Assembly (NCBI GenBank): GCA_964016885.1
Contig: OZ024740.1
Location: 101,060,001 to 101,124,000, forward strand
Origin: Eledone cirrhosa
Lineage: Eukaryota
DNA length: 64,000 nucleotides
Reading direction: 5' to 3'
A program made the translations under genes and the position numbers. The notes beneath the pieces are model-generated. The model was given only the letters and a program-made list of their open reading frames with translations, was not told the DNA's origin and made no database searches. Each line of letters starts with the position of its first letter. Position 1 is the stretch's first letter. Positions 26,941 to 39,526 of the stretch are shown in pieces.

Positions 26941-28511
26941 ATTTAAAGTTATTCTGCTCTGGTTTAAATTAATTTTAGTTCATACGTTTTACAAAATTTA
27001 TGAAAATTAAATGCAAACATTTTTTTAATTAAACAAATAAAAGTTAATTAAAAGTTCTTTCTTTAATATATTTATATATAAAACGGTTTCACTGTTTCTG
27101 CCATTAGACTGTGGCCATACTGGGGCACAGCTTTCAAGTGTTTCAGTGATCATATCAAGCCTAGTACTTATTTTCTGTTAAAATATGATATTTATTTCAT
27201 CAATCTCTGTTTTGTTGAAATGTTAATTTATGGGATATAATCCAACAGTAAATGAAAACACACATAAACACATTATCATCATCATCATCATCATCATCAT
27301 ATAATGTTCATTTTCCCTGCTAGCAAGGGTTAGATGGGCTGACACAGAACAAGTCCCTACTTAAGTGGAGCTACTAACCTCTCAAGTGGCAGCGGGCCTC
27401 AATCTTGCTTACAAATGTTCCTGCACTCTACTGAGTACAGAGATGAAATTAGAAGCACTCGTCTTGCTTACATGTATTCCCACACTCTACCAAGTGCATT
27501 TTATCATGGCACCAGTATTAAAATGTTCTGTCTTTCACACATTTGAAGAATCTTGGTTTAGCAAGCTTTCTATAGATGGATGCTCTTCCTATCACCAGCC
27601 ACTTTACAGAGTGTAGTGGGTGCATTTATCATGTAGATCACCAGTACCAGATAAATTGTTATGCCCTTGACACATCTGAAAAGTATTCTTGACACATTTT
27701 TGACATGATTTTTACAAGAGTGGAGGTCCTCGATGGTAGGACACTTGTCTACGATGTTAGGATCAAATCTGAAATGTAATGGTTACTAAACAAACTTCTT
27801 CAACATTTGGCCATGCTACACCCACATCATTTTAAAATATAACAACCATTAATATAGTCATAACCAGTACATGGTAGTGTCAAGGAAGGCTGCAGCTGAA
27901 GGCCTGAAACAAATAAATCAGTAAAAGAGATGTTTTGAAGAATTTAGTTCTAGGCAGCATACTTTGGTTATGCTATAGCTGTTGTTTTTTTTATTGTATT
28001 TATTTCTTTGAAAATTCTATTTAGTTTCAGTGCACTGGAGAGAAAGACATAAAGAAAATTTGTATGTCTTTGGCTGCCTGCTGTCAGATTGACCTGCCAC
28101 AGGGTGGCAGATTTTGGCAACATAAAGAACATTTTAGTTTAAAATTTCTGTACTATAATATATATGGGTATGTGTGTGAGTGTGTGTGTTTGTGTGTATG
28201 TATGTATCAATGTGTGAGAGTCTTGCTGTAAAGAGTTGTAGAGGGAGATGGATAGTGAGAAGTGCTATTCCCACCTGAGATTCATGACATACACATGTGA
28301 TATTTGTCTCACAAATATCAGCAAACAAAATGACAGCCATTTTGAATGTTATCAAAAGAGGTATCAGACCACCTTTCTCTCAGATGAACAGTTGTAAGCA
28401 GCCAATAAGAAATATGGAGGCTATTATATAGTGTGACAGCTAATACTTTGAAAATAGAGGAAGGAGAAGATGAAGAGAAGAACAATTGCGATGATGATAA
28501 TGATGATGATA

Positions 28512-28695
28512 ATAATTGTTTCTACTTTTGGCACAAGGCCAGCAATTACCCAGTACATTACTGATACTTCATTTTATCGACCCCGTAAGGATGAAAGGCA
28601 AAGTTAAGCTCGGCGGGATTTGAACTCAGATCATAAAGGGCCGTAACTCTATGCTGCAAAGCATGGCGTCTGACCCTCTACCGATACTGCCAAAT
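28512..28695 (-). mobile_element. tRNA-derived SINE (same family as 56367)
   Basis: Reverse complement of the head, B box, core and ggccttgtgccaaaagtagaaacaatt tail. Confidence 0.88.
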
Positions 28696-28989
28696 CATCA
28701 ACATCTTCATATGACCATGATGATGACTATGATAGTGGTATTAGTACAAAATTAAAATATTTCACTAAATAATTTACAAATTGGAAAAAATATCACAGAG
28801 ATGCCTTGCAGAATTTATTCTGACTCTTTGCATTTCAAGTCTCCATCCTGTTGAAGTCAACTTTGCCTGTCATCCTTTCTAGGTTGATAAATAAAGTATG
28901 AGTGGAATTGTTAGAATGCCTGATGAGATAAACTTCAGAGTGAATTAAGATTGCATAAGACCTCTAGCTGAAAATTTCATGGTTGAGTT

Positions 28990-29250
28990 TCTACAAACAC
29001 ATCCTACATAGGTGAAATGGCTTGAAGTATAGGAGAAATGATGAAAGATCACAAGTGAGAACTGGAAGACGAAAAAACCTCATCAGTGCTCTCCCAACAT
29101 GGCAAACAAGAACATGGTGGCTCACTAGAAAACATTAAGAAAAAAAATTACATCTACACAATGAAACAAACATAATGCCCAAATAGATTAAGTAAGCTAC
29201 ACATAAAATAGAAAGTAAACCCAGCCTCAGTAGAAAGACCATATATTGAT
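28990..29250 (+). pseudogene. Penelope-like element GIY-YIG endonuclease relic
   Basis: NTSYIGEMA*SIGEMMKDHK*ELEDEKTSSVLSQHGKQEHGG, then after a shift HLHNETNIMPK*IK*AT.KIESKPSLSRK. This fits YIGET.RS..ER.K.H / S.L..H / E...I....P.LN. Confidence 0.7.
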
Positions 29251-31789
29251 TCCTGCATTTAGAGACAGAGTACAGCAGCACAAGAGTGCATTTACCAAGA
29301 ATTTTACTAATGGGATGGGAACCTGACCGGAAAGAAGAAGACTCCTTACTGAATGGAAGAGGTCATTAATGAACTGAAATGAACATAAACACACAAAGTG
29401 ACAGTGACTTAAACAGATGCAATTCTCAAATAGTTAAGCAAATGTGTCATGAGAAACAGTCTAATATGCTGAAAGGTCTGGATTCACAGGTTGAAATGGT
29501 GTATACAGAATTGCAAGAACAATCAATTGATAAGCATCAATAGTGTCCATAAAAATGATTATATATGGGAGCAAGTTGGAGACAGGAGAGAATATAGGGA
29601 AGGATGTATTTGAAGGATTTTTTAGATGCTATTTCAACCTAGATTCAAACTATAATAATGGCTATTTTGTTTATTATCACTATTGTTGAAGTTTTCATTA
29701 TAATTATCCTTATTATTTTAGTTTTTATTAAATATTACAGACATATTTCTACAAGCTTTGAAAGAATATAACCTCCTCACCCCAATAAACGTGTTAAAAA
29801 AACAATAAGAATGATATAACGACCCTCCCTTACCATTCTAACCACCACAAAAAAAAATGAAGAAAAAATTTGACAACAACTAATCTTTATTTTAACAACT
29901 ATTATCTCTTTTGACAATTAATCATTTATTTTCTGTTTTTATTCTTGTTTTTTAGTTAGTCTTTTTTTTTCTTATTTGAAAGAAACAACAGTAAACTGTA
30001 GCTATAAAGGATAAACAGCTAATTAGATTAAACTTCTACATCAACCTTTTCATATCTTCTCCTACTCAACCCTACTCTACCACTCTTGCCTGAATCTGAT
30101 ACAGATTCAAAACTAAAAGCCAAGAGGTCAACTTTATTAATAAGCAAATATAAAACAGAAGAAAGAAAGAAAAAAACAAAAAAAACGATAAGATAACTAA
30201 ATAAAGAGTAGTATTATAAATGAAGAACTTCAAGGAAATATTTTAACATTATTATTGTCAGAGTTGAAATAAATGGTAACTATGTAATACTGTGTTACTT
30301 TGATGTAAAACTTGAGAAATCATATATTTTTATTGCACTGATTGACTTTTCATTTCATTTTATTTTTAACCAAAAAATCATTAAAACTAAAAAAACATTT
30401 TAATTCTATTTTAAATATTTTATTTAATACTCTTTTTCCTGACCTAACTATATCTGACATGACCTGACCTCAATAGTGAAGTGGCTCTAAATATTGTTGG
30501 TGCTATTTGCAGCAGTAAAGGGGAGCAAGCAGCCTAGTGGATTATGTGTTGGGCTTACATTTTGGGCTCCCATTTGCTCATAATAGGGAGAGATAGGGAG
30601 AGATTGAAGCAGTGATAATGACAGTGGGAGTTTAGTTCCTTTGTGTTCAGACCTGGTGTATATGTATATGTTTCACAGACATTACCTACGTGATTATTGT
30701 AAAGATGTGAGTTCAATTTCTATGCTAGATGGTACTTTGTTTCCTTGAGCAAGTCAATATATTTATGTTGTTCCAATCTACTCAACTGGAAAAAATTAGT
30801 ACCAGCAGCAACAGCTGAGGAGTTAACGATGCTACCTTTGACACATACATATATAAGTGGGCAAGCCTACAAACAAGTTTCTATATGGTTGCTCAATCTG
30901 CTAGAAAAAGCAGCCAAATCTCCTTAAAATAACACTCTGCTCTCATTATAAAAGGAAAGAACACATTGAATAATATGGTCTCAGATATCTCTAAAATAAT
31001 ATACAAATATACATATTGTAAAAGTATCTTGTGTGTGTGTTTATATATGTGTATGTGTGTGTTGTATGCACCTGCTTGGGGTATAATTTATATTGTAAAG
31101 TATAATCATGAAGTTCTGTGAAGGGCTTTTAATTCCACACTTACAGAAATATCAGAAAAATGTTGACAAATTATAATTTATCTCATTAAAATCTTGCTAC
31201 AAGCGTTTTAAAGCCAATTTACCTGCTGAAACAGTGTTTGACCTTACAGGCAATATGATCAGTATCATACCATCATGGGGTTCTTTTTTAGGCAATGTGT
31301 TACAGCTGGATGCCCTTTCTGGTGCCAACCCTTCTAGTCACATCTTACGGCATGTATAGAAAATAATAGGTTTAGAAATAATATATATTTTCTAGGACAG
31401 AAAATTGGCTGTGAAGTTGGGATGTTTATTGGATTAAAAATTAATCAGTATTTGCCCTGGCTTTCTGTTTTCTTGGTTCAAATCTCTCCAAATTTAATTC
31501 TATTTTTCATCTTTTGAAGTCAATAAATATAGTACAATCTAGTACTGGGGTCAGTTTTGCTTATCTCACTATCTCATTCCTTCTTCTCTCTCACTCTCTT
31601 TCTCTGAGAGAAGTTGGCTGTGTTCTGTCCTATAGCGAGATCGGCATGGACTCCACCAGGTTTACAATACCCAAGACATGATATATGTCAGGATGGTACT
31701 CCTACAACTCTTTCAGGAATTGAGTTTTCTTTACCTTTTTTCATATATATATTTCATTTGTATTTCATATTGTGCATTGCTGCCAACAG

Positions 31790-32045
31790 TGGAGGCATGT
31801 GACCTAGTGGTAAAGGTGTTTGATATACAACATAATGTCATGGTTTGATTCTTATACTGGGTTATTTGTGGTATTCTTGAGCCAAACACTTCATTTCACA
31901 TTGCTGAAAATAAGTACCAGCAATAGCTGGGGGTTTATCCCTGCGATGGACTGATGTAATATCCAGAGGGAGTTTTGTACATTCAGTTACTTCAAGCCAC
32001 AGAAACCAGGAGAAGCACCAGCCTGGTGAGATTCCAGGCTTGGGA
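31790..32045 (+). mobile_element. tRNA-derived SINE (V-domain-like family)
   Basis: Head ggaggcatgtgacctagtggtaaag, core ccctgcgatggactg...tccagagggag...cagaaaccaggagaagcaccagcctggtgag. Confidence 0.65.
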
Positions 32046-32129
32046 GAGAATTTAGAATTTTGTTAGATTGCTGCCAAAATGCACCATTCCTACGCCCACT
32101 CTGCATTATTTGTGCACAATGTGTTTGCA

Positions 32130-32380
32130 TTGCCTATTGCTTTTGGTGTTGGATTTAACTTTCCTAAACATACAATAAACAGAGTATAGTGCAATATAGT
32201 TAACTGGAAAGAGGCCTTCGAGTGGAAATGAAGGCAATAGTGCAAAAAGAAATTGTAAAGGGATTATGTAGATGAAGCTTAATGTGAAAAGGTTCCTGAG
32301 TGCGTGGATCACTAATCAAAATGAACATAAAGAGACAATAAATACAATGGTCACTCAAGCAAAAGCTAAACTATTTTGTG
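32130..32380 (+). pseudogene. pogo/Tigger transposase CENP-B-type HTH relic
   Basis: NVKRFLSAWITNQNEHKETINTMVTQAKAKLF resembles E.LL..WI.DQ.......I.Q.KAK.LF. Confidence 0.5.
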
Positions 32381-32569
32381 CATATTAGCTATTATTTGTT
32401 TAAAAATTCATCCATAAAACTGATTGTATTACATGTTTTATTTTTTCCTTCCAAAAGGAACACATGTGAATCTACAACATGACTGTCAATGAGAAGATAG
32501 GCTCCATATTAAAGAATCCTAATTTACTGCTCTTCTGCAACATAGGGAATTGCTGCATGCACACACACA

Positions 32570-32635
<66 letters not shown>

Positions 32636-32759
32636 AGCAATTGATTGAAAGATCAAAATTGGTAAAGTTATTCCAAGAATTTTCAAGCTCAATGCATTTC
32701 CACAATCTGCATATAGAACAAACAGATTCATCTAGGGTGTAATCTATCGGATAAATAGT

Positions 32760-34770
32760 CTACGATATTGCTGAATGTAAGGAGACAACACATTTATATA
32801 ATGAATTCAAAAGTTTAGAAGGAATTTAATGCCTTTTTATTTGTTTTATGTGCATTTCAATAATTGGAAAGTGACGAATATAGCTAATGAAAGATTTTCA
32901 GTAAAGTAAATATTTCACTACATCATCAATACATATACTAAGATCCAAGCAAGAAAATCCCCCAAAAACTTACCCCAACATATATTCTCTATAACTTATT
33001 TATATCTTCTAAGACATTAAAAATATACATTAAAAATATATAATATACTAGTAAAAAAATAAAGATGGAATAAAAAGAAATCTCATAAATTAAGATGAAG
33101 AATACAATAGCAATTAGTTATTAATACCAATAAAATGTGCATATAATATAAACCATCAAGATATTGAATGACAGAATCAAAAAATCAAAACATCAAACTA
33201 TATTATCAGTAAATCATCAAAACTAGAAAGTGTGGATATTGAAAAGTGATGGTATAGGAGTAATGAGGAGATAATAAAATATAATGATTATGGCAGGATC
33301 CTAATCGTTCATAGTGGTAAACAATCAGGTCTGTTGTATCATGTATCTTATTAAAGAATGTGCATGGTAGTGTATGTAAGCAAGATATAACTTTATTTTT
33401 CCAATTTAATAATTTATAGTTTGGCATAATTATTTAAAAAGCTTTAGTTAGACATGAGTTGCATTCTACTCTGCCATCCTTGTAATGTTTTGCAATGTCA
33501 ATGATAGACCAAGAAAAGCTATATTGGATATCAGACTTGTGTCAATTTTAGATCCATTGTGCAAGTGAAGTTGAACTTTTCTTATTTTCAGTCTTAAAAT
33601 AATGTAAATGTGAATAATGTGTTTTTATAAAAAGAGTTAGACTGGCTCTATTATAATAATTTATATTGACTGGCCCTATTATAATAATTTATATTGTTAG
33701 GAGTCTTAATAATACATTTATATATTATATCTTCCTTAAGCCAATAGACTTTGAAAGGGCACTTATCAAGTGTTCTAAAATTACACTCAGAATTAACAAC
33801 TTTGTTATTAGTAGATATATTAGATTCATTATTTTGATGGTTATAATTGTTTGGAATAGGATTAGAATCTATATCTTCTTTAGAATCAATATTTACACTT
33901 TTAGTTTCTTTATCTAAATTAGCAAATGGCTTTTCCTGGTGTTAGAGTTATCAAAATGCATATTAATTTTCCTGTGGTTATTAAAGGCTATATAATCTGT
34001 TAAATTAGAAGTAGTTGAGAAAGTATGTTTCACATTATTTTTATTGATTGCTTTAATGTATTCATGGTCTGGAGGGAAATTCTTATGAATGATATAAAAA
34101 AATATCTTAGGTATTAGATGCTACTTGGATACTATATGGTGGATTATACCAAGTATATTTGTTTTCTATTTCTCCATTTAAAGAATGATAGTTATATATT
34201 ATTATACTTAAAAAGAATATTATTCTCCATAATATTATCTAAATTATGATTATTTTTATTAGTTTGAAGCTGCAAGATTCTATTATTAGACATCTTGTGT
34301 GTCAGTTTCTTTGAGTTATTATGTTGGGTCCTAGTATGGTCAATTGATTTATGATATCCTATATAATCCTTTTTCTCAGAACTTCAATATTATTTTCAGC
34401 CCTTAGAGTTTTATCAAGCTTACATTTATTTCTATATTTAATGTTAATAAATTCTGTATACCTGTTCTCAATTCTTTACTACTAGCTTGAAAATATGTAA
34501 TTTTATCTTTATAACCAGATCTGGCAAGGTTTCATTATAATTGTCAACATTTGGGTTCATACATTTCCTCATTTGCTGGTTGTCTAGAAATCCTATTAAA
34601 AACACAATTCACTATTGAGTTAATTATAGCTTTAGGGTGGTTAGAAAAAACATTTGCTGGGTTTATGGTAAGGTCTATATAACCCAGTATACAATTCCAA
34701 ACTAATAACTAAAACTTAACAATTATCCTCTATAATTTGAATTTTAACTCGTTTAACATTTTATGTATAT
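32760..34770 (-). mobile_element. Decayed Naiad-type Penelope-like retroelement (RT thumb, linker, C-terminal GIY-YIG, 3' terminal region)
   Basis: Minus-strand peptides in the expected order: L.L.TGLYRPYHKP...SNHPKAIINSI...NRISRQ.ANEE...YNE...SGYKDKITY (34.5-34.7 kb); WYNPPYSIQVASN...IHKNFPPDH....NKNNVKHTFS (34.0-34.15 kb); STSLAQWI...SFSWSIIDIAKHY....ECNSCLTKAF*II...LLN.KN.VISCLH (33.37-33.6 kb). Confidence 0.85.
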
Positions 34771-35142
34771 ATATATATATTCCACATTGATATTGATTTG
34801 TTTCTTACAATTTATCATGTCCTTTTTTAATTAGCTTTATTTATAAGCATATCTAAATTGATAATCATAGCCTATTATATGTTATGGAAAATATCTATAT
34901 ATATATGTATATATACGTATTTGTATAGTGTTATATATCTGTATCTATATAGATATATATGTATTATGAGTGCATATGTATATTCATATGTTATCATTGT
35001 TATACTATATATTATTAAATACACATGATATTGAGATTTTTATCATAACTTTCCCTCTCTCTTTATATATATATATATAACCCATGCTAGCGTGGAAAAC
35101 GGACTTTAAACGAAGATGATGATGATGATGATGGTGATGATG

Positions 35143-35177
<35 letters not shown>

Positions 35178-35689
35178 ACTTGTTTGTTTTTATATGTATG
35201 CATGTATCTATTTTGTATCTATATATACACACACAACCTGCACACACACACATATATATAATATATATATGTAGGTATATATTAGTATATGTATGCTTTT
35301 TATATGCTTTATTTGTATGTGTATATTAAGATAGATGTATATATACATTTATTTGTATATCTATGCCTTGATAAATATATTTGATTTTAATATATTTTCT
35401 CTAAATGCTATTAATTTAAATTCTTTAATATTGTCAACATTTCCTAATCAATTATCCTTAATTACTTGAGTTAAATATAATCCTTATTTAAATTCTATTG
35501 GTTTATAGAGAAGTTATTCATAAATTACTAATAATTATTTTTCTGTGTTTTTATTACTGACCCCTAATATTACTTCGTTAATAATTATCTATTGATAGGT
35601 AATTACAAACTATAAATTAAATTAGTCCAGTAAAACACTTGCACATATGTATATGTGTGTATTTATACACACACACACACACACACACA

Positions 35690-35726
<37 letters not shown>

Positions 35727-35825
35727 ATATATATGTATGTAAAAGGTAAACAGAAATAACAACACAATCGGTACAGTATGTGGAAAGAATATATTGAGTT
35801 AACACTTGAAATAGTAGGAAGAGGG

Positions 35826-35860
35826 TCTAACGTTTCGGACGCTAGTCCTTCATCAGAAGA
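35826..35860 (-). ncRNA. Minimal hammerhead-like motif (PLE pLTR type)
   Basis: CTGATGA-a-ggac[tagc]gtcc-GAAA-cgt-TA; helix I is weak. Confidence 0.6.
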
Positions 35861-35882
35861 AAGATTGAGAAATAAGATAGAT

Positions 35883-35953
<71 letters not shown>

Positions 35954-36007
35954 CATACACACATATATATATATATATATATGTGTGTGTGTATGTATAT
36001 ATATATA

Positions 36008-36411
36008 TATATATTGGTAAACGGAATAGAAAATGCTGACAAATTGTTCACAGTTGAAAAATGGTTTCATTAGGAATAAAAGAGTATTAGTGATTGTATG
36101 GGTTAGTATTCAGTTGTGGTTTTAAGTTTTTAAGTTTTTACCGGTTGCGCATTTCTAAATGCTTTTCAAAAATAATTTTGAGATAGAGTGTCCGTGCTGT
36201 TTGCTCTGATCAGAGCAAACAGCACGGACACTCTATCTCAAAATTATTTTTGAAAAGCATTTAGAAATGCGCAACCGGTAAAAACTTAAAAACTTAAAAC
36301 CACAACTGAATACTAACCCATACAATCACTAATACTCTTTTATTCCTAATTAAACCATTTTTCAACTGTGAACAATTTGTCAGCATTTTCTATTCCGTTT
36401 ACCAATATATA
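36008..36411. repeat. 404-bp spacerless palindrome
   Basis: The arms pair around 36209/36210 (ctctga|tcagag). I found one mismatch (36068/36351). Confidence 0.97.
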
Positions 36412-37060
36412 ATAACTTGTGTGTTACACCTCTATTCTTTTAACTATATATATATATATATATATATAGTAAAAGAATGAAGAATGAAATGGTCGACTGT
36501 ACAAAAAGGTTTATTTACAGTATTAACAATTGTTTCTTTTAAAGCCGACCACTTTATTCTTCATTCTTTTAATATTACTAGCAGAAAAACCAACCTGTGG
36601 GTGGTTTTCTGCTAGTATGTGTAGTGTGCATATTGATATTATATGCAAATATATATGCATATAGATAGGATATGCCAAATAAAATCGTAATTGACAATAT
36701 GCACAAAAACTGAACGAAGTCTGTGTTACACTCTCTAGTGTAATCAGTAAAGTAATCCATGATACATTAAAAAAAGACAATATTATATATAAACTGCATA
36801 TATGATAAACTAAAATGCTATGAAAAAGGAGAAAATTAGCGACGGAAATATAAACCTTATATAACGATGCAAATATATGAACGTTTGTATAAGCGATGTG
36901 ATGAGTGTTATGATATAACGGACGCTAACCGGAAGTGTTGACATTTGAAAATTTTAAAGAATTGAATGTTAAAATAAGCAATACTTTATATATAAGAATA
37001 TTTATGTTTAATGAAGAGCTACCAAATGTAGTAGATAAATTACATAATATTCATTCATTG

Positions 37061-37246
37061 TGGATTGGCAGTATCGGTAGAGAGTCGGACACCATGCTTT
37101 GAAGCATAGAGTTACGTCCCTTTATGATCTGAATTCAAATCCTGCCGAGATTAACTTTGCCTCTCATCCTTACGGGTCGATAAAATAAAGTACCAGTAAT
37201 GTACTGGAATAATTGCTGGCCTTGTGCCAAAAGTAGAAACAATTAT
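37061..37246 (+). mobile_element. tRNA-derived SINE (same family as 56367)
   Basis: tggattggcagtatcggtagag, ttcaaatcctgccgag, gtcgataaaataaagtaccag, gtgccaaaagtagaaacaatt. Confidence 0.9.
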
Positions 37247-37399
37247 TTGTTCAAAGTAATCCAACTTATTTTACTAACGGGATAAAAAAAATATAAAACG
37301 GACGCTGTCCCGCTCCCCTCCCTTTATTATATTATAGATTACTCCAAGAACCATCTGCCTAGGAACTTTTTTAAACCGGCCACCCGACGGAGGCAAAAA

Positions 37400-37446
<47 letters not shown>

Positions 37447-37493
37447 AATAAAAATGGCGTAAACATAACAATACAATAGGAGGGAACATGATA

Positions 37494-37547
37494 ATAGTAC
37501 CACTGATGATGTTGCAGATGTGCAATGAAAGAATTTTGTTAGACTAT
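37494..37547 (+). ncRNA. Minimal hammerhead-like motif
   Basis: atagtacca-CTGATGA-t-gttgca[gatg]tgcaat-GAAA-gaat-TT-tgttagactat: 6-bp helix II and a bulged helix I. Confidence 0.6.
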
Positions 37548-37864
37548 ATATATATATTTATATCTCTATTTTTAACCGTTGGTTAGTCAATGATAAACAT
37601 TGATTGGCAAATACATAAAATAACTATGGAGATATAAAAGATACAGAAGCGAAAACCAACCAAACAGTGAGTGTGTTCTGTTATTATTTCTGGCAATATT
37701 ATTACAACAATATGACCCTCCACAAGTATAACAATATATATATATTATATATAAAGAATTAGTATATCTACCAACATATTTATACAGATGTATACTTACG
37801 CTAGCAGAGATATAGGTTTTGTCTTAGTAACTTTGTGGTTCCATACAAAGAGATGTAGAACAAT

Positions 37865-38104
37865 TATATAAAAGATGTAAAATAAGAAAATTATAGTAAT
37901 TAACTCACTTACTTAAATTTCACTCCAACTAATTAATTTCTGGAGACCATGGAGAATCCTTTCTTCATCAGGGAGTCATTCTCGGCTAAGATTCCTGGCG
38001 ATTCGCGGACACAGGGATCCAATACAAAAGTCTCCATTTCAGAATCTAATTAGTTGGTGAAATTTAAGTAAGTGAGTTAATTACTATAATTTCCTTATTT
38101 TACG

Positions 38105-38116
<12 letters not shown>
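37865..38116. repeat. Inverted repeat (about 80-bp arms, about 80-bp spacer) next to (TA)n
   Basis: aaaagatgtaaaataagaaaattatagtaattaactcacttacttaaatttca... versus its reverse complement at 38030-38116. Confidence 0.9.
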
Positions 38117-38202
<86 letters not shown>

Positions 38203-38228
38203 ATATATGCATATATATATATTATATA

Positions 38229-38288
<60 letters not shown>

Positions 38289-38474
38289 TATATATAGTAG
38301 TGAAAGAGTGAAGAATAACATGGTCGGCCGTACAAAAAGGATTTTATTTACACTATTAACAATTGTTTCATTGATCCGGTGAGTCTAAAGGCTGCTAATC
38401 ACTCGAAGTTGCATCACTCGACCTTAAATACAGTGTGTGTGTGTCTCTGATCAAATCATCGGATAACTTGTTAT

Positions 38475-38550
<76 letters not shown>

Positions 38551-38557
<7 letters not shown>

Positions 38558-38821
38558 AATGAAGAATTAGAAATAGAACCCAGGAATATCCGTCATCAGT
38601 TGTCTACTAGCCATCTTAGGTATTTCTTCGCATTACAGACCATATACCTTGTCTCTCCTTCTCCACCCAACTCTTTTCGTCCCAATAACTTAATTTAGTT
38701 ATTGTATCGCTCTAGCTTGAGATATATGGTCTGTAATGCGAAGAAATACCTATGATTTCTAGTAGACCACTGATGATGGATATTCCTGGCTTCTATTTCT
38801 AATTCTTCATTTATTATATAT
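38551..38821. repeat. Inverted repeat (about 95-bp arms) between (TA)n tracts
   Basis: tataataaatgaagaattagaaatagaa.ccaggaatatcc.tcatcagt...taggtatttcttcgcattacagaccatata and its reverse complement at about 38721-38821. Confidence 0.9.
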
Positions 38822-38857
38822 ATAACCTAATTGCAACAACACAGCTCGCCATTTTTC

Positions 38858-38907
<50 letters not shown>

Positions 38908-38911
38908 ATAA

Positions 38912-39526
38912 AAAAATGGGTGCTGCGTTGTTGCGAACAGGAATATATGAATAAAAATATACATGAATATATGAATATATGAATATATGAATAAAAATAG
39001 ACAAGGGTTAAAATGTCCTCTTCAGTAGTCTTCTGATTTATCGTTGGTATTTCGGCGCATTAAAGACTATATACCTAAAATCAGTGCGAGCGATAACTCA
39101 GTTAAATTATCTGAACAGTGGGAAAACGGAGGGAAGAAAACAAACACATGGTGGTATGCAACGAAAAGAGAGGAAAATTAGAGACAAGTCAATGAATCAC
39201 GTGGGCATAAGCCCGACATATCAAATTGACGAGAAGAAATAGACACGTCCGAGCCGCGAGAAGATTGAGAGAGGAAAGAAATTCAAGCAGGTCAGACGGG
39301 AGGAAGTGAGAGGGGGGGGGGAGAAGCAGAGAGGGAATGAGTGAAATTGGGAGGAAGGACCAGCCGAAGTTGAGTGACCAGCAGCAGGAATTGAGGAAGG
39401 CAAGAGGCGAAGGAGAGAGAAGGGGTGATAGCAATAAGGTAACAGAAAATATACGAACCACAGCGAAGGGAAAAGTTATGTGAATGAAAAATGGGTGCTG
39501 CGTTGTTGCGAACATGAATATATGAA
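38912..39526 (-). mobile_element. Non-coding unit bounded by 40-bp direct repeats (PLE pLTR-like)
   Basis: aaaaatgggtgctgcgttgttgcgaaca(g/t)gaatatatgaa at 38912-38951 and 39487-39526, with a diverged inverted copy at about 38830-38862; (TA)n on both sides. Confidence 0.6.

Noticed and set aside
29930-30000. Possible 8-nt microexon (aag|AAACAACA|gtaaac); similar weak signals at about 43700 and 57920
   Set aside because: The splice sites are weak and such matches are expected by chance in T-rich DNA.
35666-35722. (CA)n-(TG)n head-to-head palindrome
   Set aside because: Real but low-complexity, and such junctions arise readily in microsatellite-rich genomes.
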